Below are positions 18,650 to 28,861 of a stretch of DNA of 64,000 nt, piece by piece. Each line of letters begins with the position of its first letter. The first letter of the stretch is position 1. The stretch is taken from the IMG/VR virus record IMGVR_UViG_3300044675_007236, one strand, 5' to 3'. Source of the stretch: a virus. Lineage: Duplodnaviria; Caudoviricetes. A model generated the notes under the pieces. That model ran no database searches. It saw only the letters and a program-made list of their open reading frames with translations, and was not told the origin of the DNA. A program made the position numbers and the translations under genes.

Positions 18650-21600
18650 CTACTGCTTAGTAGCCTTATTGACAGCATCTACCGCATCTTTCATCAAACC
18701 ACCGTCTAACCGATCTGCGGTTTTTTCGTCTTCTGGAAAATTTAACTCCATCTGTGCAAGCTTCTCCCCGCCTGATTTTCGGCAGCAGTCCGGTTTATCG
18801 CACGGAGTATCTTTACTAATAGCACCATTCTTTTCCATAATTATCACGCCTTAATCAAAAGAACAAAGTCTAAACAACCCATCGTCCAACTTAGTCCAAC
18901 CGAAGCCACTTGATAGTTGACGCCAGTCGCTTGAACTCCAACCGTTACCGGTTGGTTTATGTCTAAAACAGGAGGCAAATACTGTTGTCCGTACTCGAAT
19001 CGAGTGTCGTAAACCAGAACAAGACATTGTTTTGAGTCAATAACTTGATGATACTTCGACGACAAAGTACCAAACTGGTCGAATTCAAAATATACCGTAA
19101 AACACGGTTTAGACGGAACATCAGCCGTCAGAAACGGTATTTCCAACTTCGCAAAAGCCTCAGAAATCACACTTTCACGTGAAATAACAGCTGCAGGTTT
19201 CGCGTCAGCAGTTATTTTGTTTAAGGTCACCGACGAATCCTCGTAATCAATCAGGTCTTCCCAAACCTCCGTAGAAGTCGGTTTAGCTTCTTTAGGAGTC
19301 CTGGCTTTTCTTGTTGCTTTTTGTTTAGGTTGTGCGGCTAACGCTTGAAAAAAATCTGAACCGTTGGCTGCCGCTTTTGCAGCTTTTTGAAGAGCTTCTT
19401 TGGAAACCTTGCTGAGGTCGACAGTAACCGATTCGGATTCATCTGGATCAACTACAACTACACCAGGCTTGTTATGATTAAAACCTGACGATCTGCCATC
19501 GGAATCTGCAGCGTAAGCGTCGTTTACACCGTTAGCTGAAGCACTAGGTATTTCCGTGGCTCCTGGTAGTACTAGACTAGGTTTGTAGCCGCTCATTGTC
19601 GTTTCCTTTAAGACGGTAGATTGTCGTTGTCGTTGTCGTTGTCGTTATTTTTTTGCGTGGAATCTTGAAAAGGATCAGATGTACCTGGTTGAAAATACTG
19701 CGACGAAAGAAAGGCATCATCACCCATCCAACCTTGTTGTAGTTCTTCCATATTCGCATTCTCAGTTAGTTCTGCCACGTCAAATACGACAAGCTCTCCT
19801 GCCGCGTTCAACCTGGCTGCTGTCTGATTAGGTAGTCGCAGATAATAATCTATGTCGCCCTTTATCCTTTGAATCTTGGTTATAGTCAATGGTAAACCGA
19901 AAAACACAGATACGGACGTTTCCTTACCTATGCGAAGATGTAAAGCTTTTACCAGATCGGAAAGTCTTGTGTAGGCGTACACTGAAGGGTAATCGCCTTC
20001 CGGACTATCGCAAAGACAATACTTAAGTGTCGGAAGCGATATTTCCTCAGCTTCCTGCTGACTAATCGCCAGCATTGCGTCTGCTACGACTGGGGGTAGT
20101 CGCTTAAGATACGCAGCGTAGTCTAGTTGATTGTCGTCAGTCGCAGGTTGCCTGGTTACGATAGCCTGCATTGCGTTTTCAATAGCCGACAACTCTGGTT
20201 TCTTAACTCCTGTCATCTTGTATCCCCTCGCTAGAAGGCACGTAAGACAGTGTTACATAAAACATATCCGCAGAAATAGAAACAACGCCCGGAACAGCTA
20301 TAATTGACTTGGTGCTAGAAACCCAGTCGTTTACTTTTAATTCCAGCAAGTCCAAAGACTCTGCATAGAACAGCTTCAAAGAAAGAAGTTGATCCGGGAT
20401 AAGAAACGTTTGCAAACTTTTTAAAGGAAACAATTTCGGATCTGTTATTTCAAAAGTCATACGTTTGTCCTTTTTGAAGAAATGCTTTTACCTCGCTTAG
20501 CTACATCTAAGTAGTACGCTTCATCCTGCATTTCGGTCATTACTCGCTTGTAAGCTAAAAATGCAGCGTCAGTGTCTTTGTGCGAAAGGCTAAATAGTCT
20601 TTTTGCAGCTTTAACATGCAAGCTGTCCGGAGGATAAGACACCATGCCAGGTAAAGCTTGTGTTGATTTTTTTGTATCGAAGGCGCACTGCCTGATGTTT
20701 GAAAGCACCGCAAAAACACTGATCTCTATTACCGGTGTACTTGTTAAAACGACACGCTCTAAATCCGTATTTAGCGGATCGTAAATTTTTAGCTTTTGCA
20801 ACGCGTACTGGTAAAGCACGTTCTTGTCTAAATCAAACTGCACCGTTTCCAGGATTCCATCGACTAACTTTTGGTACTCATCAATTCGCACTGCCCACAA
20901 CAAATGGTTCCATGCCTTATCTTCCCCGTGTGCAAACCCGGAGAATATAGGTTTATCGAACTGGTACCAATATACAGACAAGTTGTACTTTTCAACTAGA
21001 TCTGACAAATTTTTTTCAGTGAATCGACCCCACAAATACAGTGCAGCTGGTGTGTACCACGCGTAACCTGGAATGTTCTCAAGCTTTTTCGCGTTCTGGA
21101 ACTGAATACGATATTTAGGAACTCTGAACGGCTTGAAAAGATAGTGTTTGTCTTCGTGCAGCTGAACTTTGTTCACGATTATTTTTCCACCGGTACCGAG
21201 TCAACAATACCGAGTATCTGTGCCGCGGTAAGCAACAAAATGCTTGAGTTGTCGACACCAGCACCAGGACAATACTGATTTGCTAGATTATCGTATATGG
21301 CTAGCGTACCTGTCTGCTCAAGCTTTTGGCGGTTGTTATGTGCGTAAGCTTTGACCAAACCTAACGCTTCTGTCTCGCAAATTTGAATATGCCGTATGCC
21401 TTCAAAAGTATCCATACCGTAAGGTATTGGACTATCTAAAACAGCGCAAGCGTTCACCAGTAACCGACAGAAATCATTGTCGGATTTGAAACTGACAAAG
21501 GTAATATCATTCTCTGATTTTGGCTTGTGGGCTCTCATAAAGAGATCAGGAAAGGTAGCCGAAAAAAACGACTTGCAAGCCAAACTAATCGGCGGCTTAG

Positions 21601-21904
21601 CGTCCGGTGTTCCCGGAAAACGTGTCGCTAGACTGTACTTAGCTGACTTATTCTTCTGCGGCACAGTTATACGTGTGGCCAGCAAAGTGTAATTGAACGG
21701 ATCTGCTGACTTAAAGTCTTGTAGTAATTTAAAAGGGTTTTCAAATTGCTTAAGCAAAACTTGTAGTTCTGGACTCGCGGCTTTTATGCGAGCAAATCGA
21801 TCAGCTTTACTTTCAGCATCACACACCGCATCAAGCATAGCCGCTGTGTCTTCCCACCACCTTATAACGTTATCCGTCTCAAGCCAGCTCAAAAAAACTA
21901 ACAT
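18650..21904 (-). CDS. run of six hypothetical ORFs (18650..18847, 18844..19596, 19608..20216, 20203..20460, 20457..21176, 21179..21904)
   Basis: Long coupled minus-strand ORFs with no recognisable motif; 19608..20216 ends in a (DN)n tract. Confidence 0.75.
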
Positions 21905-22374
21905 CAGTTTGCCTTACGCCCCTCTACGAGCAATTTACGATACATCGCAGTACGCTTAGCTGCGCTTTTACAACCTTCAATTTGAGAAGTAGCTGCACCC
22001 ATCGACAATAAGCTGTCGATTTGTTGCTTTTTATTGACCCGGCTAAATCTTCGTGTGACCTGCTTAAGCCCGATTGGATGATAAGGGCCTTGCGACGCTT
22101 CCAGATAGGTGGCAATCTTGCGTAAAGTATCAGGTAAAGAAACAGTAGTATTTACGCATCTTGTGCGAAAGAAATTCTCGATCTTACCCATAAGAGCGTT
22201 TACTTCCAGCGAAATGACGCCCCGCACTCTACCTGAGTTGTGATCGTGATCAACTACTGGAGTGAACTTATCCCCGGACATACCTAAAATAGGACACGCA
22301 TCTGGTGTGTTCTTTTTTCGGTAGTCCTGCAGTTTGTCGTACGGGACATAAAACTGATATTCTTCAGACATCAA
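21904..22374 (-). CDS. recombination endonuclease VII-like (Holliday junction resolvase)
   Basis: CPILG ... PVVDHDHNSGRVRGVI...VN..MGKIE. Confidence 0.8.
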   Translation of the reverse strand: MMSEEYQFYVPYDKLQDYRKKNTPDACPILGMSGDKFTPVVDHDHNSGRVRGVISLEVNALMGKIENFFRTRCVNTTVSLPDTLRKIATYLEASQGPYHPIGLKQVTRRFSRVNKKQQIDSLLSMGAATSQIEGCKSAAKRTAMYRKLLVEGRKAN

Positions 22375-23303
22375 ACAGGCCTTTGCTTTCGTCGCTGTGC
22401 GGGCGATACGGCTGGAACGGTTCTCGTAGCTCTGTCTATTGTCGGTACTCTCGGTAAATTTTCAACCTTATCAGTCAAAGCTTCTAGCTGAATTTGCTTA
22501 ATTTCTTTTTCGATTAAAGGCTCTAAGCCTTCTGGTGATAGCGGTTTAGGCTGCTCGTTAACCAGTAGTCGGTACTGCTGCATAATGTAATGTACACACA
22601 TCGCGTCGTAAGCTGCACCGTGCAGTTGGTTTGCATCAATAGCGTGCTTTTCTGTCAACTTGTAGAAATCCAGAATAGCCGACATGTTCCATTTAAGCCC
22701 TGCGATTCTGACGCCTGCTATGCGGATGAAGTAGTCTTTAAGCGTCTCTCCGGCTGCTGGTAGCACGATACCCCTATACACTCCAAACGGGCTACCAGGG
22801 TCCATAATACGGCTGGCTTTGAAAAGTACACCAGTATCGAAGTAGCTCGAAGCAGGCAGATCAAAGCTTCTGTTAAGAAACCGGTTGAAATTACTCTTAA
22901 CCATTCTCTCGTCGGCCCAGACTCCGTTCTGAGCCACAAAAGGTAATTCTCTTTTTTTCCATGTATCGAAAAGCTGATAATAAAAACGAAGGACTTCAAT
23001 TGGGTCTTGCCCGTTTTCCTTTATAAAAGAAGGGTTTAAACGCCAACCGGCACCGATAATGCCACGCATGTTACTCAGTTTGTAGTCTAACCAGCCCGTA
23101 TCAATATCTGCTTTGTACCAGTTAAGCACAAAACTTTTATGATCTACGACCTTGTTATCTTCAACGATCACGTGCCCGATCTCTAACACGAGATCTTTTT
23201 CTTGGCTATTACCTGTGAACTCGGTATCGAAACAAAGATATGAGCTTGGAAACTCACCGCCGTATTGTTTCTTAAACCGAGGACTCCATTCGTTTACTAT
23301 CAT
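22371..23303 (-). CDS. DEDDh 3'-5' exonuclease (DnaQ-like)
   Basis: ExoI CFDTEFTG..VLEIG, ExoII AQNG.WAD, ExoIII LHGAAYDA. Confidence 0.85.
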   Translation of the reverse strand: MIVNEWSPRFKKQYGGEFPSSYLCFDTEFTGNSQEKDLVLEIGHVIVEDNKVVDHKSFVLNWYKADIDTGWLDYKLSNMRGIIGAGWRLNPSFIKENGQDPIEVLRFYYQLFDTWKKRELPFVAQNGVWADERMVKSNFNRFLNRSFDLPASSYFDTGVLFKASRIMDPGSPFGVYRGIVLPAAGETLKDYFIRIAGVRIAGLKWNMSAILDFYKLTEKHAIDANQLHGAAYDAMCVHYIMQQYRLLVNEQPKPLSPEGLEPLIEKEIKQIQLEALTDKVENLPRVPTIDRATRTVPAVSPAQRRKQRPV

Positions 23304-23308
23304 AAGGC

Positions 23309-25174
23309 TTATCGACTTGAAAAAACGCCTAAAGCCGCTTTTAGCTTGGCAAACAACTTGTAAACTCTACGCAACCATCGTGGATATCGCATATACTCAA
23401 GCAAAGACTGCGACTCTTTAACCAAAGACTTTGCGTCGTGCAAAGGACCTTCGCCGCCAAGCGTAGCTTCCCTGATACCTACATGCTGAATACCAGCATA
23501 CACGGTACCTATCATAGCCATAACAGCAACTTGTGCCGCTGGCTTCGTTTCAAAAAACCCGGAGTCGTCCATTGCGTTGAGCATAGACAGTTGGGGTAGG
23601 TTTGCTGAGTCTACAAGATAACGGCAATAAGCTGCACAAGCGTCACCTAAATCTTTGTCTGTTACATTTTCGCGTTTAAGCACCTCGGAAAGTTCTTTCC
23701 AGGAGTTCTTGTCCTCGAGTCTCTTGGCTACTTCCTCCATAACTTGCTTAAAGTTATGTGCCACATCTCTGCCTGGATTGTAAAGTCGATTGTCACTTGC
23801 CGACATTCTAGCCTGCAATGTCATTGTTTTCTCCTGACCGCTGCACAGTTAACGCAAACATCTGGGTGAAGTTTATCGTCTTGATTACAGTAGCCCCTAG
23901 TCTTACACGCTTTGCAGCTTATTATCGTATAAGTACTAGGATGCGTAGCCATCTCACACCTGTCCGTACCGTACGGACATTGATGGCATTCTATACTATC
24001 CGAAAGCTTGTGAAAACAAGGAGTTACGTTTCTGTCCCGCCTTGTTATCAAAATTTTGTTGTAGGTCATAGTTGAGTTACTGTGGCCTACTTCAGTTGCT
24101 GTCGGTTCATTTCTAGCCTTAGATCGCGTAGGATCAAGCAGCAAAAAGCAACGAAGACCTGCGTATTGCCGGTAATCCCAAAACAAGTTTCGAGCCGTAT
24201 TCTCACCAAGCCGGTTAAGCTTAGACCGATTAAAGCCGAAACCTAAGTTTTTATTGTCTCTGTTTGTTGCCAGGTGCGTTGTCTTTTCAAAAGACCAGCT
24301 CTGAACCAACTTCCTAGGTACAATAGAACCAGCAAGTGATTGAAATATGAAACGATTTTTCAACTTTCCATCTTGCTTAACTACGTGTACCTCTTCCACA
24401 AAGACCGGTATCCATTCAAATTTACGTTGAAAAGTCCAGTCGATGACCGGATTGCCTACCCACATCGTGTCGACATTTGCGGCTATTCGCCAACAAAGCT
24501 CGAGTAGAAGGCTATCAGTCAAAACTTTACCGGCTAAGTTTTTGATGCTGTTAGTAACCGACGCCGCGGGCATACCTTCCGGCAAAGCCGAAAGCAACTT
24601 TTCACTAAAAGCATCGTAAACACCCTGAGTAAGATCATGTCCCAGGAAGGACGTCAATGCGGAAGTTAGTCTGTCCCGTTTGGCCAGGATCTTGGCTATC
24701 GATATCGACGGTATTTCCGGTAGCTCCATTGAGGTCTACTCCGCAATCTTCTACTGTAAGGGCCATGTCAATGAAAAGAAATCGATCCCATTCTACGGCG
24801 TGCCCTGTGCTCGGGTCGAGAAACATGTGATGGCTTTTGTCGTTGCCAAAGCCGTGCAAATACTGGTACGGCGAGAAGTCAAGCAAAGGACTATGTGAAT
24901 CAACAGGCATGTTGGACATTTTTTGCAAAACCTCTGTCATTTGTTCTAGCGTACCTTCGGCATTTAAAAACTCAGCTACAGCCGCCGCGAAGTGGTTTAG
25001 CCGTTCTAGATGGCTTGCTGCGAAAGGTCCGCAGTCCGGGTAGTCGGCTAAGGAGGCCAATACCGTATCAAAAACAATCTCACCACGGTATGTCAGATCA
25101 AAAACAAGCAAGTCGTCGGTAATATACGCGTTAAACCCGTCACCGGGTTCCATGTCTTTAAAATCAAATTTCAT
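23309..25174 (-). CDS. three hypothetical ORFs (23309..23824; 23821..24729 with C-terminal Cys clusters; 24635..25174)
   Basis: 23821..24729 ends with CHQCPYG..RCE and CKACKTRGYC..CVNC (probable Zn fingers). Confidence 0.7.
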
Positions 25175-25175
25175 G

Positions 25176-25982
25176 TTAGCTTCCGTAAAAAGTTACTTGC
25201 GTTTCGAAATTCTGGTGCGTTGTCGATGGAAATGGTTCTCCATCTGAAAAAACATAACGCTCACCAGTTACACCTATACCTCGTCTACCTGATCTGCCGC
25301 CCACGTTGATATGCACACCTTTCTTAGTGTCTAGTGCATCCTTGAAGCAGGCTTCGCAATGACACAAAGCCACGCTCTCAGGTGCTCGACCTAGTCTCGC
25401 GTTCTGCTGTCGAGCTAGCTCTCCTAAAATAGAATCTCCCCCATTGTGATGCAATTCTGGAAAAGGGTAGTCCCATCTCGTTAAAAAGAAAGCATTGCCC
25501 ACCCACCAACCACCAGTAACAAACTTGTAAAGGTGGTTAGAGGTTACAGGTTTACCCGTGTACCAGGGTTGGTGCGGTATAGCTGCATACTGCTTACCAC
25601 GCTGACGTATCCGGTGAACACAACCGTAGATATCGTACAGTCTAGTTGCGTCCTTTACTTGTCGCCACCAGGCATCGTCTACGTTCAACAGATAACTGTC
25701 GTCATCAAACCACATTACTTCCTTGGTTTTCAGATTTTTAAACATTTGACGCATAAGTGGGTATTTGCCGACATTTTCGTTGTTAACGGGCTGGTACAAC
25801 GAAACTTTAGTACGTTTGGACTTTGTCGCAGCCCAATTGCGAACAAAAGACGCAGTATCATTTGATACTTCGTTAAGCCCGACTCGTATTTCTAAAACAA
25901 AACGCGTGCCAGAGATAGACTCCAGCACGCGTTTTGCAAGCTCAGGATAGTTGCCGTAAAGCAACACACAAACAGTGAACAT
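25176..25982 (-). CDS. GT-A-like glycosyltransferase
   Basis: FTVCVLLYG, NVGKYPLMR, VMWFDDDSY (DxD), HNGGD..LGE. Confidence 0.65.
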   Translation of the reverse strand: MFTVCVLLYGNYPELAKRVLESISGTRFVLEIRVGLNEVSNDTASFVRNWAATKSKRTKVSLYQPVNNENVGKYPLMRQMFKNLKTKEVMWFDDDSYLLNVDDAWWRQVKDATRLYDIYGCVHRIRQRGKQYAAIPHQPWYTGKPVTSNHLYKFVTGGWWVGNAFFLTRWDYPFPELHHNGGDSILGELARQQNARLGRAPESVALCHCEACFKDALDTKKGVHINVGGRSGRRGIGVTGERYVFSDGEPFPSTTHQNFETQVTFYGS

Positions 25983-25984
25983 CG

Positions 25985-26776
25985 TTAGCCTTTCGCTTTT
26001 TTAGCCGCCGTTGCAACCGGTTCGGCTTTCTTAGGTGCTCGAGACCGAGCTTTCTTCAACTTGTCTCGTGTCTCAAGTAGCGTTTTTTCGGTTTCCGAAA
26101 TTCTGGCCAGTGCATTGTCTAAGTTTTCAACAAACTCAGCATCAAAATTACCGTCTTCGATTTCGTCGACCGCAGCAACAAATGGACTAAGCATTTCTTG
26201 CAAGTAGTTATCAGTTTGCTGTGTGCTGTTGATTAACTTCTGCAACATGGCGTTAGGTGACTTTGGAATGCCTGGCTTTCGCCCGCCATTTCGTTTAATC
26301 TCTGCGTCACCTTTGCTAGAAATCTCAACACCTAACTCACGAGCTGACATCGCTTCCTTACGAATTTTAACCAACAACGCCTCTCGTTTAGCTTCATTTG
26401 AAATCTTTTGCAACTGATGAAAGTGCGAAAAACTAAGCAACCTTCCGTCGCTCATAGGTTGCTCAACCTGCTGCACCAAGTACTCTCTTCGAAACGCCAA
26501 AGCAACGTTTCGATAATCTGTCAACTGCGTCAAGCTGAAACCATCTTTACCCAGATAGTTTGCGAGCTTATTCATTTCAGCTCGCTTGGCCGCATCATTT
26601 AGGCCTTCTGACTTGTACAAAATGTCAATCGAGCTGCCAATATCGTGATATAGCAAAACGCCGACCTTACCTGCCGCAAGAATCTTCTGCTCGATCTTCG
26701 ATGCAATTTCCTTTGTGACATCGTTCATCGAATCTAGCAATTCTTGTTTCTTCTTAGAAACGATCAAAGCACTCAT
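25985..26776 (-). CDS. DUF1016 (YhcG) N-terminal-like helical protein
   Basis: YHDIG..I ... LANYL..DGFSLTQLTDYR.V ... LSFSHFHQL ... R...L.....EAMSAREL. Confidence 0.45.
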   Translation of the reverse strand: MSALIVSKKKQELLDSMNDVTKEIASKIEQKILAAGKVGVLLYHDIGSSIDILYKSEGLNDAAKRAEMNKLANYLGKDGFSLTQLTDYRNVALAFRREYLVQQVEQPMSDGRLLSFSHFHQLQKISNEAKREALLVKIRKEAMSARELGVEISSKGDAEIKRNGGRKPGIPKSPNAMLQKLINSTQQTDNYLQEMLSPFVAAVDEIEDGNFDAEFVENLDNALARISETEKTLLETRDKLKKARSRAPKKAEPVATAAKKAKG

Positions 26777-27306
26777 GTGTTACTCCTTAGGTGATTCAAA
26801 AAACCAGTAAAAGACTGAACAACCATAGTACTGCCATCCTCAGCCTTGTAAAGATGGCAACCAGAGCCAGACGGAACAAATTTGTCTGGATCCCCATTAT
26901 GCAGAATCAAACCCTGCTGAAAACCCTTCCTTGGAAAAACCATACCTACGGGCTTTTTACCTGAAAAAGACTTGTGCTTCTCCAGGTACTTTTTTACCAG
27001 CGGTAAAACGGTAAAAGATTTAAACCACATAGGATGCACCGAGCGGTTATCCCGGTGAATTGGCGGCTGCCCTTTAAACGTGTCAGCAAAAAGCACAAAT
27101 GGAAAATCGTTACACACTTGATTGAAATCATCAAACGTGTAAGTGCTAGTTGCAGCAATTTGTTTCAGCTCTGAAAGCAGCGTTTTGTAACCTGTGACCT
27201 GTATAAGGTGCATAATCCTAGCGTGTTCCCATGCAGCACTAGTGACCGAATGAGCATCGATGCTCTGAAACTTGGCCAGCAACGGGTTGTTTGGATTGCC
27301 TTCCAT
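26773..27306 (-). CDS. hypothetical protein
   Basis: 177-aa ORF coupled to both neighbours. Confidence 0.7.
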   Translation of the reverse strand: MEGNPNNPLLAKFQSIDAHSVTSAAWEHARIMHLIQVTGYKTLLSELKQIAATSTYTFDDFNQVCNDFPFVLFADTFKGQPPIHRDNRSVHPMWFKSFTVLPLVKKYLEKHKSFSGKKPVGMVFPRKGFQQGLILHNGDPDKFVPSGSGCHLYKAEDGSTMVVQSFTGFLNHLRSNT

Positions 27307-28802
27307 TACTCGGCCTCAGCTCTGTAGTCGTTGTGGATATCTGCAAGCGACAGACCGTTGATTAGCTTTGGTCTAGCCTTGATGTCTAAAGCCTCACGAA
27401 TTTTACTACAAATCTCAGGATTAGAGTGGATCATCTGCCCTACTTCTTGCCAGGGTAGGTACTCCTCTTTACCCATACCGAGTGCAACCATGTTTGCTAG
27501 GCATTCAACGTCAGCCGCAGGCGACTTCACCTTGATGTCTAAACCCATCGCCTTGAGTCTATTCTTAGCAATACCCTCGGCTTCGTGTAACAGACTGCAA
27601 ATCGACCAATCCCAATCCCAGGTTACCTGCTGTATAAACTGACCCGTAGTCGGATCTTGTTCATGCCACCAAAGAAACCTGGTTTTAATCCAACGGTGTG
27701 TCGGACCAAAAGAATTTTTCGAACAGGCTATCTTTACGCCGATACCTTCAAATTGTGAATTCTTAAACTTGCTCCGCCACACAGACAAGTTAAGCCCGAT
27801 AGACTCGCGGAAGTTTACGTTCTCGCCGCCTAGCGTGTAACTATGCTCAATACCTCTATCGTCCTTTTTAGTCTTGAGGTGGTTCACAACCAAGATCATG
27901 AAAGGAAAGTTGGTCAATTGAGGAATAATCGCATTCAGGTAGTTTTTGTTTTTCAACGCATCAATCGGGTGAGCTCGGTCGGCGTGACCTTCTTGAACTA
28001 CTTTGTCTTGCAACTCTTGCGATAGACCAGCTGCTAGTGAATCCAATCCAATAGCCACTGGAATTGTTGGGCCAGGCCCAGGCTCTCGCTTAGTGCCAGT
28101 AAGAACACGTTTTACTTCTGCCACATAATGCGTAAACATCTCCTGCCACTCTTCGGTAGAGTTACAGCGGTTGGAGACGAACGGTACAACATCGTGTGGC
28201 GATCGCATGATGCGGCAAGCAAAATCCGCGTCAAACTTGTGCTCCGCGTCAATGTGAAAAGGCAAACCGTTGAGCTCGTAGACCCATCTAAAAAACTCAA
28301 ACAGAAGCGAAGATTTACACGACCCCCAGCTACCCGCAAGCATGATGAGCGCAAACGGTAGGACATCGTTTGCAAGCACATACTCAATCGGTAAAGACGG
28401 AGTAGGAATACCTACGCAAAGCTGATCCAATTCCTTTCTACTGCCAAAAACCTTAGTTGCCCCAAATTTCTCTTTTGCTACCGCGGTAAACGCTTTCATC
28501 AACCCGTTACGCGCATTACTCCGATTATTACCAGACCACTGAGCATCAAGAGACGCCTTACCTGCCTTGGTAAGCTTTCTTGGGTCGTGGAAAATAGCAA
28601 GCTTATCTGCAGGTTCGTTCGATTCCTCTTTAGCAGGCTTGCTTGATTTTTTAATTCCGCTTTTAGCGTCTTTCTTTTTACTATCAGCCGCAATAGATTC
28701 CGGCTTTTGCGTTTTAGCCGTGTTTTCCGGTTTCACCGGTTGTGACGGCAGCTCTAACGAAGAATCTGCAATAAACTCATCGTAATCAGAATTTTCAGAC
28801 AT
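27306..28802 (-). CDS. RecA/UvsX-like recombinase with Lys-rich N-terminal extension
   Basis: Walker A GSWGSCKS, IDAEHKFD, Walker B IGLDSLAA, VVNHLK, GG..V.F..SI.L, G..VKI...KN.FG. Confidence 0.85.
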   Translation of the reverse strand: MSENSDYDEFIADSSLELPSQPVKPENTAKTQKPESIAADSKKKDAKSGIKKSSKPAKEESNEPADKLAIFHDPRKLTKAGKASLDAQWSGNNRSNARNGLMKAFTAVAKEKFGATKVFGSRKELDQLCVGIPTPSLPIEYVLANDVLPFALIMLAGSWGSCKSSLLFEFFRWVYELNGLPFHIDAEHKFDADFACRIMRSPHDVVPFVSNRCNSTEEWQEMFTHYVAEVKRVLTGTKREPGPGPTIPVAIGLDSLAAGLSQELQDKVVQEGHADRAHPIDALKNKNYLNAIIPQLTNFPFMILVVNHLKTKKDDRGIEHSYTLGGENVNFRESIGLNLSVWRSKFKNSQFEGIGVKIACSKNSFGPTHRWIKTRFLWWHEQDPTTGQFIQQVTWDWDWSICSLLHEAEGIAKNRLKAMGLDIKVKSPAADVECLANMVALGMGKEEYLPWQEVGQMIHSNPEICSKIREALDIKARPKLINGLSLADIHNDYRAEAE

Positions 28803-28811
28803 GACGACTCC

Positions 28812-28841
28812 AAAAAGCGTAGCCGGGTTATCCGGCTACGC
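28812..28841 (-). terminator. intrinsic terminator abutting the recA-like RBS
   Basis: 10-bp stem GCGTAGCCGG/CCGGCTACGC followed by T5, then GGAG and ATG. Confidence 0.85.
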
Positions 28842-28861
28842 GTGAACAAAAACTAAACACA

